Shown here: positions 48,801 through 61,790 of the stretch, one piece after another
How positions within the stretch are numbered: the stretch's first letter is position 1
How the letters are laid out: every line of letters begins with the position of its first letter
Assembly: GCF_002571385.2 (NCBI RefSeq)
Contig: NW_019217791.1
Location: forward strand, 1,389,762 to 1,453,761
Source of the DNA: Stylophora pistillata
Taxonomy: Eukaryota
Direction of reading: 5' to 3'
DNA: 64,000 nt
Made by a program: the position numbers and the translations under genes
Notes under the pieces: generated by a model
Told to the model about the DNA's origin: nothing
Database searches by the model: none
The model's input: the letters and a program-made list of their open reading frames with translations, nothing else

Positions 48801-50579
48801 GCAGGCTGGGGAAAGATGTCACCCGATGTAAAGACAAAAATCCAAACAATTAAAGATTGTTGTGGATTTAAAAATAAAAATATAACCTCAGGTGAAATGG
48901 GGCATCCAAAGTGTGACAAGGTAAGTTTTTGTGGTCTAGAGACTTCCAGGAGGCAATGGCCCCCCTTTAAATGACACCAATTATTCTTGTGGCCATTCAG
49001 GTTGCAAAAAAAACTGAAATTGTTGCTTGGTAGCGTTAATAACAGGAAAGCTTTTTTGTTAACATTAAAAAAATATCTTTTGCATTCATTTTTGTGGTAC
49101 ATCGCCTTTGTAATGTCGTCACAAGATAGTGCTTGTACTCAGGCTTCTGTTAAACTCACAACAAGACCTTTAGGTTGCTCTAGCCACATGCACCATTTGG
49201 AAAAGTAAATGCACAAAGCACTACATGGCAAAGCTTGAAGATATTTTGTGGTGGAATGGGAAGTTTGTGAACATTAAGAAAGATGGTTTTTGTCTTGTCT
49301 TGAGTGTCTATGTCCCATGTCTATGTGCCATGCTGGTAATAAGAGGAAAAATATCGTTCTCTATCTCCTTAATGAGCTCAAAACTTACTAACTTTCTTAT
49401 TCTGTTAATGTGAACATGGTTGATTAATTGTGAAAGACTAGGTGTAAATAGAACAATTAATGCAAATCCCTGTATTTTCTATTGTAGAGGATGAAAAAAA
49501 TTTTGTAAGTTATCAGTCACGGCACAGATTTTACTTTCATTTCATAACAAACTCAGGATTTCCCTGAAACCTTGCATACAAGAAGAGAGATTTGAAGTTT
49601 TCCCTTTTAAATTCATGACATGAAAAATTATCAACTGTTTTAAATACATACAATGCATGAATTTTTCTCATTTTTAAAAAAAAAATGGGATCAGGACCCC
49701 TTTCTTCCCCCCCCCCCCCCCTTTGTAGCATCATATAAAAAAAAAAAGTCTTGTTAGCTAATATGGAAATTTGACTTAATACCTCATGGGTTTAAAACCA
49801 CTTACCTTCAGTTGGTTTCTTTTGAATGCTTGTGACTGTCCCTTTGTCCTTTGTGTTCTAAAAAAATTGCTGTCGTGGGACTCCTATAGATGATACATGC
49901 CCCAATTGTGAAACATGCTATGACAAGTTAAAAGCTGTGGTAAATCATCTTCTGAAGGTGGCTGGAGGAATTGGTCTGTTCTTCAGTTTTACCTTGGTAA
50001 GTGCAACATCAATTCACACACTATTTTTAGTTTTATATCCTATGGCATGACATCCATTTTGTAATTATATGCCACTGAGTTAAAAACCCGCACTTGCATT
50101 TTGAAAAAAAACTAACCTTATGCACAATCCCGCATATTCTCAAACTCTCAGAAGTGATTAACATGTAACTTCTCTCTTTAATATCTATTCATTATCCATC
50201 AAACAAGCATTGAAAATTCTCAAACAAAAAAAATAGAAGTTGTTATCTTGATCAAATACAAAATTCTCTTAATTAAGTTACAAGGAAAAAAAAAGCAGCT
50301 AGAGAGGAGAATAAGCAACCAGATTTTAGGAGTTTAGGGTTATAAAAACTGATAATCACTTTGATTATTTTTATGCTTTTCTTCTTGATTTGAATTCACA
50401 CTCATTAACCACTTGATCAGGACAATATCTGATTGTAATTAACAGTTAATTATCTCTCTCTAAAAAATCTCCTTAACTTCTTCTCTTATTTCTGTCTTTC
50501 ACAGCTGTTTGGTGTTTATATGGCTTGCCGAAAAAAAAATCAAAAGGACCCTCGTGCCAACCCTGGGGCTTTTTTATAA
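45871..50579 (+). CDS. TSPAN13: Tetraspanin-13/31 family protein; exons 45871-45957, 48415-48582, 48705-48920, 49862-49996, 50505-50579 (about 226 aa)
   Basis: CSKNVLVALNTLY...GAVRHSQVILFF|YMII...CCGF...GGIGLFFSFT|...NQKDPRANPGAFL matches the TSPAN13/TSPAN31 pattern; all exons phase 0; exon 4 acceptor overwritten by the artefact; upstream in-frame ATGs at 45793 and 45748 are possible starts. Confidence 0.93.
47195..47561. mobile_element. MITE in tetraspanin intron 1
   Basis: agggaccttaag...cttaaggtccct termini flanked by ATT on both sides. Confidence 0.65.
48583..48704 (+). other. U12-type (minor spliceosome) GT-AG intron
   Basis: 5' site GTATCCTTT, branch ACCTTAAC at 48683-48690 ending 14 nt before the exon, no polypyrimidine tract. 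Confidence 0.88.
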
Positions 50580-53500
50580 GTCCTTAGGGTAAAAAAAAAA
50601 ATTCTTCATGCAACTAACCTTTCCTTAACCACTAGATAGAACTTATAACCATGCTAATTTACCAATAACTGAAAATATGTAAAATAAGATTACAGAGACA
50701 TAATTGCTTGTACAAAAAAAAACAGGTTTTATTGCATGTTATTTTTGCCTTGTATTTTGATTTTTGTCGTCTGTTGCTGACTGTCAATGTCAGGTGGAGT
50801 TAGTCTGATTCAATACAATGATTACATAGATGCCATTATTATTTAATAGAAGCAACACTAGTACCTAGTTTTAATGAGCTTTAAGATGTTATTTTGAAAG
50901 ACTAACTTTTAAACAATGAAGTGACATGGCAGAGTCTGCTAGCTTTTGGTGGGGGGTGGGGGGAGGGTAGTTATTTTGATAAGAGAGCATCCCCATCCCT
51001 ACCCTAGGCATATCCCATGGTCCATGTGGAGTGGCTTGGTTCTACAGAGTAGTTAGCCTTGTGTTTAAAGTCATAGAATAAAAAAATTTGTTGTTTGCTG
51101 CGAGTCTTTGAAATCATTATTTGGCAAGGAAAACAGTCATAATCCGTGTATTCAAAACAAGTAAGTTTGGTGCTTGAGTGCCATATTTGATAAAATACTT
51201 AAAAAAAAAATCTCACTTGCTCGAGCCATACTGGGGAACATTGGCCCTTGGCTGTTTTTATACAGACCTCATTGCACTTGCTCTGTACTGCCACAACCTC
51301 GGTCCAATATTCCCCAGTATGGCCTTGATGCTTGGTTAATAAGACTTTATCATTTGAATCTGTCATTCACCCTCTGGAAAGAAATCCATGGATTGACTGA
51401 TTGTTAAATTTTCCCACATTATGTGTGAAGGTTTGTACTTATAGCAAAAAAAATGATATAACGATTCAAATGTTTTTTAAGCAAAACAAATAGCTTTCTT
51501 ATAGAGCAGTATTACAGTGTTAAAAAAGTTGTCTAAATGCTTCTTAAAATTTTCTTCCCCAGCAAAAAAAAAAATATTTTGAGAATATTTCTAGATGAGA
51601 AAATCTCTGTATGGAAGCATTATTGAATAAAAAAATTTAAGTATTTCTGTGATGTATTTTTCTTGGTGAATTATTTAGGGTTGAATTTTTGTTATGTTAG
51701 GTATAAAAGATTATGTTCAAAAAATAAACATTGACAGTATCTTTCTGTGCTTTTGTGCAGTCTACAGTAATATTCCTAGAGCTCATACAAATCCTAGCAG
51801 AGAATGATGTACCAGAAAGCTTCTGGCCTTCTTTCATGTTTTTTATGGTTTTTGCAACGTTAATTTTCACGCCTGTTTAATAGATTCGTAATTAAAACTC
51901 TGAAGGTTACCTTCCGTTATTAGAACTTGATTAAAAAAAATTTACTCTCGCAAGTGTTAGCTCCGTCCAATCTGTAGCTTGATTCAGGTCAACGACGGGA
52001 TGTTATGCCTTCCCAACTATTGCTCGTTTTGTGATTTTACGGATTTTAAACACTTAAAAAAATTGAAAAGGTCGGAGATACACTTGGGAATACTCCTCTT
52101 TCGACATATTTCTACTGCAAAGAGAGCATATTATCTGAGAAAGTTACCAAGTGCGACTCGTGCTATACCTAAGATTGAGTTACGAGCACAGAGGCTTGCT
52201 ATTGTTGCTGGTGTCATGTTTTTAACCAATTAGGAAACGCATTGCACGCGACTCGTCGTAAAGTGGTGTTATTTTCGTTTCAATTTGCGCGCAGGAGCTA
52301 AAAAAAATAATTTACAAAAGCTGTATTTCGTAGATCGACTTTTTTGGCGTCTCGCAGTAACGAATTATTTCGGTCACAGATGATGAAAGTTTTGTAGGAG
52401 GTGACTTTTCTGTGATTTTCCGATAACTTAGCGAAACTTTGACAAGAGAGGAAACGTATAATTTTCCTCTTAGCTCTTGGATAGATACTAGTGTGATAAG
52501 TTGTAGCACACCGTAATCGTTAGAGACTCTTCCCCTAATGCAGAAAAAAAAATCTTCCGAAAAGGACTCATACGATAAAACGAAACGCCTACCCCTACCC
52601 CTGCAAAAAAATATTTATACGTGTGGGTGGTAGTGGTGGGGGGATGCATCGTGCACATACTCTACGCGTACCCTACTCAATTCAAAACCCGAAGATTTTC
52701 ATGCTACACGCTGTCAACATTATTTTTAACTCCTAACAGTGTCTGGATGCTAATTTCTCCATACAGTGGCACCATTTAATCAAATCTAAAGGTCATGAGA
52801 ATTAAGCCGGGATGATCACCAATTTATGAGGCCCTTCAAGATTGGGCTAAAAAAAACCTTTGGAAAAGTGTGTGAACTGAATGGAGATTATCCTTATTAA
52901 TGTTAGAGTGTAAAGGATTACGACCATACACATACACAGTGATTAAATGATGAAACACTCGTGCTTATCAATCAGTTATTTGTATTTGATTTCAGATTCT
53001 GGGAGTGTGTCTTACCAGACGAGTGCGAAACCGCGGACAGCAGAAACTCTATTTTGACTAAGTTACGTGAAGTTTGCTGTTTAGTCACCTTGAAAAAAAC
53101 CTGAGCACTAGGCTTTCTAGCGAGGGTGGGGATAGGGCGTGAGAAAAAATAAACCTATCGGTCTAGCTCAGTCCCAGTCCCCTTCTTTTGGAATGCCCGA
53201 TACTCAGGCTACTGAAAAAAATGAAGTTGTGCTACTAATAGTTTGAACAAAAAAACGAAGCTTAGGTAAAATTTGTACACATAATTGCATGATACTGGCT
53301 TAGATAATAGTAAATAACAATTGTCTTTATTTGCATTGCAAATCGTAATAATGAGCAGAATTTTCAAGGGAAAAGCTTTTTCAACTAGTTTTAGATTTTC
53401 AAGCATTATAAAATAATAACTTCAAGGAAAATGGTTAGAGTATTCAGTGATTAAAAAAAAGCAGAGTAAAGCGGTAGTTAGAGTTAAAAGAATAAAGATA

Positions 53501-54601
53501 TTTCTCCTTTCGAACTAAAAAAGGACTATTAAATATTGGGATAGTTGAGCAAAAATCTTTAAAAAAGAACGCATTTGAAAAAAAAAAAGTCAGTTGGCTA
53601 CCCGGAATCTTGGCTACCTGGAATCTTGGAAACGTATAGAAAAGCTGGCTTTGGATTCAACATCGCTTTGCGCAAAGAGATTTGACGGAGAGCTTGTAAA
53701 TCCCCTGTGATAAAGATATTACGAAAAATCAAGCATATATTTTATACATGCACTTTTTACCCGAAAAAAAGCTTTCCCATGAATGTTTGACAAGGATTGC
53801 AGCTCCGAATAATTTTGCGCACCAAATATTGGTTTTCTAGTTTTTTAGATGTAAGCGCTAGCAGCTTATGAAAATGTTTTTCGGCTCGAAGCAAGTTGTT
53901 GTATCTTAAGTCTCCTTAAAAAAAAAACTTGTGCTTCAACAACATGAAAAAAATTCAAGAATGATGAATAAAATTATTTATTAGAGATATTATAGATTTT
54001 ATTTTAAAAAAAAATATTGAGGTTGAAGCAATTAATTAAAATTTTGGTCTTGATACTATTTCATACTAAAAAAAAACGTTGCTATTCAAATAAATGAATA
54101 TTATGTCACTGCATTGTCCAATCATTGTCATTGTTCGTATTTTCCCTAAATCCTACACTTATATGCAGCGTCGATCCGGCGTGGTGCGTGACACTCTTGC
54201 GGTACGCGTGACACTAACTTTGCCTTTGCACTGACGCGTCACAAAATCAACAAAAAAACTGTGGAACTCACCATTAATATTTGCATGACGTCACTGATCC
54301 AGATCATGACGAAAAAAAATTTAAACATTTGGTTATTTGAACAATAAAGGAGGAAAGGGACATATCAACTTGGAGGGGGGAGGGGTGGTCAGCAATAGTC
54401 ACGCAAAATTGTCTCATGTTAGTTGCTGACAGTATTTAAATTTTTTTGTATATAGCATCCGCTTAGAAAGAAAACAGCCATTCAATAACGACATTTTTCT
54501 TGTTCTTCGCCCAGGTGGGCATCACTTCCTTCCACGCTCTCTCTCTCACTCTCCCCGGAAATTTTTGACATCACCAACCAGAAACCCAAGAAACCGAACC
54601 T

Positions 54602-54611
54602 CCAAATAAGG
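54602..54611. promoter_or_regulatory. CArG box near the myosin light chain start
   Basis: CCAAATAAGG = CC(A/T)6GG, about 75 nt upstream of the ATG; CRE TGACGTCA at 54286-54293. Confidence 0.35.
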
Positions 54612-54684
54612 GCAAGTCCCTTGGGACTTCTATTAAGTATTTCCACAACGACGTGACACAACCTCAGTTGCAATATAAAAAAAA

Positions 54685-57600
54685 ATGGTGAGGGAAAAAC
54701 TCTTGCTTAGAATTTTGTAGTTTAGCTATCTCTTTGCGAATAATCATTCTCAAAATCTATTTTTCTTTCGCAGGCAACTTTATCGGAAGATCAAATTGCT
54801 GGTATCTATCACATTGCCCTTTATGGTTCAAGATTCTTAAATTAGTGTTGAGTTGTTCTACGGTGCTTGAACATTGTTAAAGTAATACAGCTGTTGTAGT
54901 TTTGAACTTTTTCTTCAGTTGTTGTATCAACTCATGCCTTTTTCATTTTTGTAGAGCACAAGGAGGCGTTTATGCTTTTCGATCGCCGAGGAGATGGCAA
55001 AATTGATTCGGCGCAATTGGGTGAGGTACTCCGTTCACTTGGACTCAACCCAACACAAGCCGAGGTCCACAAGGCTTTGAAGGAAGTCGATCCCTCTGGT
55101 ATGCAATAAAAAAATTGAATATTATTTTAGAGAATCTCGCAGCTGTGATGTACTTGTTCAAAAACTACTTATTAATTTAGTTGGTATGATTTGATAGAAA
55201 TATGTTCATTGTTGACTTTTCATTTGCCGAAAAAAAATTGCCTTCGAATGAAATAAGAGATAATTAGCTTACTTCCTTCTAAAGTGTTCGTGTATTTACA
55301 CGTTAACTATGATTTTTAAAAATGCTTAGCTCAATTTTGCGATCGATCAAAAAAAAAAAAGCTGATCTTGACTTTTTGAGGTAAATGTTTCGCTTTCCTT
55401 TCAGTCCTCGCAAAAAAAACGATAGTTATCTCTACTTCATTTACATGTTCGATACTAGCTCACGTGCGGACGAAAACCCGGCTTTCGATAAGTTAAAGAT
55501 ATTGGAAATTTTTCGCTATTCAAATCGACGTAATAATTATAAATGATTTAAAGGATATATTTTTTAACAATTGTGCCTAGATATATTGCATGCTTGTCGC
55601 AGCTTGCAAACTAAATGAACTTAAAGAAAACAACTCATTTATAGCCTGCAGGATGACTTCTTGAACGGGAAACTGTATTTCGCGATAACAGTTCTTTAAG
55701 TTGTGTGTTTTGAAAGGTGGAATCTTTTGTTGTTCCCCGTGGTCTATTTTGGTACATAAATTTTTACAAAAGAATCACTGAACCTCGGAATAAATGGATC
55801 ATTATTTTGGTTTGATTAGTCTTTTCAAGTAAGCGCGTTCGTAGAAGCTAGGAGGCAATTAAGACATGTATATAAACGGAAATTGTAACTTGTGTTATTG
55901 AAACGACTTTTAATGAAGGCCTAAAGCCTTTTGCACTTCAAAGCTGCAATGTTATTGTTACGTATGATGCACGATCCTCGCAGTAGATAGCGCTATTTAA
56001 GCAATAGCGAAAATCAGACCTGAAAAAAATCAGGCCTGTACGGGATTCGAACCACTGACCTCTGCGATACTAGTGCAGCGCTCTACCAATTGAGCTAACA
56101 AGCCAACTGGGAGCAGGCCGTTAAGTTGATTCGTAATAAACCCGTGAAAGTGATAAATCAGATACAATGAAATATATGAAGTTCATATATTTTGAACTGC
56201 GGTATTAGATACGTATGATGCACGATCCTCGCAGTAGATAGCGCTATTTAAGCAATAGCGAAAATCAGACCTGAAAAAAATCAGGCCTGTACGGGATTCG
56301 AACCACTGACCTCTGCGATACTAGTGCAGCGCTCTACCAATTGAGCTAACAAGCCAACTGGGAGCAGGCCGTTAAGTTGATTCGTAATAAACCCGTGAAA
56401 GTGATAAATCAGATACAATGAAAAAATATATCTACTGCGAGGATCGTGCATCATACGTATCTAATACCGCAGTTCAAAATATATGAACTTCATATATTTC
56501 ATTGTATCTGATTTATCACTTTCACGGGTTTATTACGAATCAACTTAACGGCCTGCTCCCAGTTGGCTTGTTAGCTCAATTGGTAGAGCGCTGCACTAGT
56601 ATCGCAGAGGTCAGTGGTTCGAATCCCGTACAGGCCTGATTTTTTTCAGGTCTGATTTTCGCTATTGCTTAAATAGCGCTATCTACTGCGAGGATCGTGC
56701 ATCATACGTATCTAATACCGCAGTTCAAAATATATGAACTTCATATATTTCATTGTATCTGATTTATCACTTTCACGGGTTTATTACGAATCAACTTAAC
56801 GGCCTGCTCCCAGTTGGCTTGTTAGCTCAATTGGTAGAGCGCTGCACTAGTATCGCAGAGGTCAGTGGTTCGAATCCCGTACAGGCCTGATTTTTTTCAG
56901 GTCTGATTTTCGCTATTGCTTAAATAGCGCTATCTACTGCGAGGATCGTGCATCATACGTATCTAATACCGCAGTTCAAAATATATGAACTTCATATATT
57001 TCATTGTATCTGATTTATCACTTTCACGGGTTTATTACGAATCAACTTAACGGCCTGCTCCCAGTTGGCTTGTTAGNATTTTACGTATGATGCACGATCC
57101 TCGCAGTAGATAGCGCTATTTAAGCAATAGCGAAAATCAGACCTGAAAAAAATCAGGCCTGTACGGGATTCGAACCACTGACCTCTGCGATACTAGTGCA
57201 GCGCTCTACCAATTGAGCTAACAAGCCAACTGGGAGCAGGCCGTTAAGTTGATTCGTAATAAACCCGTGAAAGTGATAAATCAGATACAATGAAATATAT
57301 GAAGTTCATATATTTTGAACTGCGGTATTAGATACGTATGATGCACGATCCTCGCAGTAGATAGCGCTATTTAAGCAATAGCGAAAATCAGACCTGAAAA
57401 AAATCAGGCCTGTACGGGATTCGAACCACTGACCTCTGCGATACTAGTGCAGCGCTCTACCAATTGAGCTAACAAGCCAACTGGGAGCAGGCCGTTAAGT
57501 TGATTCGTAATAAACCCGTGAAAGTGATAAATCAGATACAATGAAATATATGAAGTTCATATATTTTGAACTGCGGTATTAGATACGTATGATGCACGAT

Positions 57601-60600
57601 CCTCGCAGTAGATAGCGCTATTTAAGCAATAGCGAAAATCAGACCTGAAAAAAATCAGGCCTGTACGGGATTCGAACCACTGACCTCTGCGATACTAGTG
57701 CAGCGCTCTACCAATTGAGCTAACAAGCCAACTGGGAGCAGGCCGTTAAGTTGATTCGTAATAAACCCGTGAAAGTGATAAATCAGATACAATGAAATAT
57801 ATGAAGTTCATATATTTTGAACTGCGGTATTAGATACGTATGATGCACGATCCTCGCAGTAGATAGCGCTATTTAAGCAATAGCGAAAATCAGACCTGAA
57901 AAAAATCAGGCCTGTACGGGATTCGAACCACTGACCTCTGCGATACTAGTGCAGCGCTCTACCAATTGAGCTAACAAGCCAACTGGGAGCAGGCCGTTAA
58001 GTTGATTCGTAATAAACCCGTGAAAGTGATAAATCAGATACAATGAAATATATGAAGTTCATATATTTTGAACTGCGGTATTAGATACGTATGATGCACG
58101 ATCCTCGCAGTAGATATATTTTTTCATTGTATCTGATTTATCACTTTCACGGGTTTATTACGAATCAACTTAACGGCCTGCTCCCAGTTGGCTTGTTAGC
58201 TCAATTGGTAGAGCGCTGCACTAGTATCGCAGAGGTCAGTGGTTCGAATCCCGTACAGGCCTGATTTTTTTCAGGTCTGATTTTCGCTATTGCTTAAATA
58301 GCGCTATCTACTGCGAGGATCGTGCATCATACGTATCTAATACCGCAGTTCAAAATATGTGAACTTCATATAGTTTTTTCATTGTATCTGATTTATCACT
58401 TTCACGGGTTTATTACGAATCAACTTAACGGCCTGCTCCCAGTTGGCTTGTTAGCTCAATTGGTAGAGCGCTGCACTAGTATCGCAGAGGTCAGTGGTTC
58501 GAATCCCGTACAGGCCTGATTTTTTTACAGGTCTGACTTTCGCTATTGCTTAAATAGCGCTATCTACTGCGAGGATCGTGCATCATACGTATCTAATACC
58601 GCAGTTTAAAATATATGAACTTCATATATTTATTTCATTGTATCTAATATTATTGTTATTGCTCATTTTGCTGTTGAACTCTCTGTGTGCCCTATTATGG
58701 CGACTGAAATTTCATCAGATAAGTACTGAGAAAAAAATGTCATTCCCTCTGACTGCGCTTAGTGTTCATAGATTGAACCCTGAAATGAGATTTAATCCTC
58801 CCAAGATGCCTTCCTTTAGGAATTTAGACCACAGTGGGCTTAAGAATCATTGTTAGTTAGTCTGCATGTACTGTGCTCTTGTTATAAACAAAATTCATTT
58901 CGCAGCTGTTAGCTCTTTCGACAGTTCTAGATCAAGAGGAACGAGCTAACCGCCTCCCGGTTAGCTCAATTGATAGAGCGCTGGACTGTTGTGCGGGAGG
59001 TCGAGGGTTCGAGCCCCGGCCGGACCAACACTCAAGGTCTTTAAATAATTGAGAAGAATATGCTACCTTTCTATAACATCAAAGAAATGGTTAGATATTC
59101 TAGTCTTCTCGGATAGGGAGGAATAAATAGAGGTCCTGTCTCCTGCAGGGTTAGGGGTAGGAGACATTAATTTCCCACATAAGAGATTACTGTGTGGTGG
59201 GATGGGTGGGTTTACTGGGCCCGCGGTAATTGATGCAAACTGTTGCGGTGTCCCTGCCTGTCTGCGAAGTTAAATAAAAAAAAAAAAAACTAAAGATCAC
59301 CTATCGTCAGCTGAAATTGCAAAATTTTTGGCCAACATCAGTTTGGAGAAGTCAAAATTGTAACACATAGAGAAATCGGTAGTGGAAGTTGATAGTTTTT
59401 GAGATTTCTACTATATCCTTTGAACAAAAATATTTCAGTTATTGAATTTAAGATTTGTCATTTAACTCTGTAACTCCAAAGGTCTGATTGTTAATTCTCC
59501 TCTTTAGCTGTTAGACATTTCTTGTAAATTAGTGATGAGAATTGGGTATCAGATCAAGATGATATTTCTACCTGATTAGTTTGAGTATTCTCATTACTTG
59601 TTTCTTACATGATAGATGTATTATAGGGACAAGTTACATGTCAATCACTTCTATGTCAATACCCTGCTGGCAGAGGCGTTTATTTGTTAACTTCCCCTAC
59701 GGTCACGTAAAAGAAAGACCTCTGTGCTCGGCCTGTTAAATCTTCTTCGAGCATGCGCGGCCTGTTGCTTAGAAACAAATTAGTTCCCAGTAGTACTCGG
59801 CCAACTTTCAACTTCTGGTGACGTGATTGTGGGCTCACACTTGGTCTTGCTATATAGCTAAATAGGATGCGTGTGCAACGTGTTTAAAACAGGTTCTGAC
59901 TGGTTTTGCAAATCAGATTATCCACATACTTGGATAATTCCCAGGTGCATGCTCGAAGAAGATTTAACAGGCCAAGCTCAGAGGACTTTATTTTTATGTG
60001 GACCATAGGGGAAGTTAACAAATAAACGCCTCTGCCAGCAGGGAACTGGGTCAAGGAAGATAGATAAGATTGTTTAAAAGAATTTTTGCCATACCATATT
60101 ATGCCAAGTTTTGTGAACAAAAAGTGTATTCTTTTCTAGGTTCTAATCGTATCTCGTTTGATGAGTTCTTTCCAATCTTCCACTCCTTTGGTCAAAGGAA
60201 GGCCAGTAAAAGTACAAATGAGGGTTTTGTGGATGGCTTGAGAGTTTTTGATAGAGAAGGTAATGGCCAGGTGTCGGCCGCAGAGCTGCGTCATGTGCTG
60301 ACAGGATTAGGTAATTGCATATTTTGGTACTTTTTATCTATGAGAGTAAATGATACGATGAATATATGAAGTTCATATATTTTGAACTGTGGTTATAGAT
60401 ATGTATGATGCACGATCCTCGCAGTAGAGAGGGCTATTTATGCATTAACGAAAATCAGACCTGAAAAAAATCAGGCCTGTACGGGATTCGAACCACTGAC
60501 CTCTGGGATACTGGTGCAGCGCTCTACCAATTCAGCTAACAAGCCAACTGGGAGCAGGCTGTTAAGTTGATTTGTAATAAACCCGACAGTGGTTCGAATC

Positions 60601-61790
60601 CCGTACAGGCCTGATTTTTTTCAGGTCCGATTTTCGCTATTGCATAAATAGGGTTCTCTGCTGCGAGGATCGTGCATCATACGTAGAGTAAATGATCAGA
60701 AGGAAAAGTGAATTGGGAGAGACAAGCACTGAAAAGCCTGGTCTATTTTTAAATTTAACAAGTCGACAGTGGTTAAACTTAATCTGTACTCTTATCGACA
60801 ATGACATTAATTATAACAGTGGTCAAAATGTTTTGTATTGTCTTCCACCTGCATTGAAAGGTCACTTAAAATGGAACCACTCAAATAAAAATTTTAACAA
60901 GTGATTTACTATTAACTCCCAGAAGTGATTAAAATGTAACTTCTCCCTCTAATATCCATACATTATTCAGCAAACAAGTTATGAGAATACTCAAACTTAT
61001 CCACTGAAAGCTATCTTGATCTAACACCAAACTCTTGCAATTAATTTGCAAGGAAATGTATATCAGTTGGAGGAGACAATTCACAATCAGATCTGGGCAT
61101 TAAAGGGTTAAGGTAGCACTCTTCTTTTGGTGTTGGTGGTTGGGAGAGCCAAAACATACTATCCCAGCATTTAATTTTGACTCCCAGAGGTTGCTTCCTT
61201 TTCCATCTGACCCAGGGGTGTTGTGTAGATGTCCCATCGTTGTTGATGAGATTGTGTTAGATAATTATCTTTAGGGAAGCCTGAATGAGACATATTTGGG
61301 GTCACGAACTGGTATGAGCTTTTTCCAAAACACTTGAATTACCTACTTTCAAAAAATCTAAATCAATTTATAGGAAGTTTACGGAGGAAGCACTCTTGAC
61401 TTCTCTTTTTTCGTTGCAGGTGAAAAAATGTCTGAAGAGGAGGTTGATTTGCTCCTCAGTGGATTGGAGGACAATCAAGGCCAAATCAATTATGAAGGTA
61501 CTGAATGTTGCCTGCCTGCTTCTACTACTACTGAAGTTTTATATCTAACTGGTTTCTGTGACTATAAGTGGTGTAATGTTTATGCATTGGTTGTGAGGGT
61601 TACTGTTAGGATATCCAGATCCTAATGGTTATGCTCTGTGTTAGATCAAATCCTGTCCTTTCCACCCTTAAATGCAGCTGTGGAGGCTAGATGTCCTAGC
61701 TAGGACTGAAGTACAGCTATATTGTGCCTAACATTTTTAAATTTTATTTTCTTTCTGGCAGAATTTGTGAAGACAGTCATGTCTGGATGA
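54685..61790 (+). CDS. MYL6: Myosin essential (alkali) light chain, MYL6/Mlc-c-like, 150 aa; exons 54685-54687, 54774-54801, 54955-55098, 60140-60310, 61420-61497, 61762-61790
   Basis: M|[10 protein letters not shown]|[16 protein letters not shown]...[10 protein letters not shown]...|...[29 protein letters not shown]|EKMSEEEV...GQINYE|EFVKTVMSG*; all introns GT-AG; 453 nt in frame. Confidence 0.93.
55959..58645. repeat. Inverted/tandem array of a 251-nt tRNA-derived unit (10 complete tRNA-Thr(AGT)-like heads) in MYL intron 3
   Basis: Unit period 251 (55961/56212; 57335/57586); orientation 2 minus, 2 plus (+partial), N at 57077, 4 minus, 2 plus; units essentially identical. Confidence 0.9.
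56565..56637 (+). tRNA. tRNA-Thr(AGT)-like pseudo-tRNA / SINE head (representative copy)
   Basis: Cloverleaf GGCTTGT/ACAGGCC, D arm GCTC/GAGC, loop CTAGTAT, TTCGAAT; two T-stem mismatches and one anticodon-stem mismatch; T7 run just downstream. Confidence 0.55.
58950..59147 (+). mobile_element. tRNA-derived SINE (different family)
   Basis: ccggttagctcaattgatagagcg (A box)...ggttcgagccc (B box) followed by non-tRNA body ccggaccaacactcaaggtc... Confidence 0.7.
59662..60043. mobile_element. MITE with about 95-nt terminal inverted repeats
   Basis: ccctgctggcagaggcgtttatttgttaacttcccct...aggggaagttaacaaataaacgcctctgccagcaggg. Confidence 0.8.
60352..60685. repeat. Diverged, internally inverted copy of the 251-nt tRNA-derived unit in MYL intron 4
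   Basis: atgatgcacgatcctcgcag...tcaggcctgtacgggattcgaacc...then the inverted cagtggttcgaatcccgtacaggcctg...gaggatcgtgcatcat. Confidence 0.8.

Larger units (their letters stand above)
23081..55420 (+). other. Region with 61-nt-periodic 7xA overwrite artefact
   Basis: A7 blocks start at positions congruent to 23 mod 61 (23081, 29730, 29913, 30096, 30767, 41930, 44309, 44675, 46139, 50531, 52544, 54252), irrespective of gene strand. Confidence 0.95.

Noticed and set aside
50469-50504. U12 branch-like TCCTTAAC in the last tetraspanin intron
   Set aside because: Donor is GTAAGT and a polypyrimidine tract is present, so it is U2-type.
23081-55420. Phased A-tracts as a nucleosome/bending signal or CRISPR-like regular array
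   Set aside because: They overwrite conserved codons, splice sites and one arm of a palindrome, are strand-absolute, and match a 60+1 line length.
55959-58645. Functional tRNA-Thr gene cluster or CRISPR array
   Set aside because: T-stem and anticodon-stem mismatches; flanks are repeated with the tRNA part; no unique spacers; eukaryotic context.
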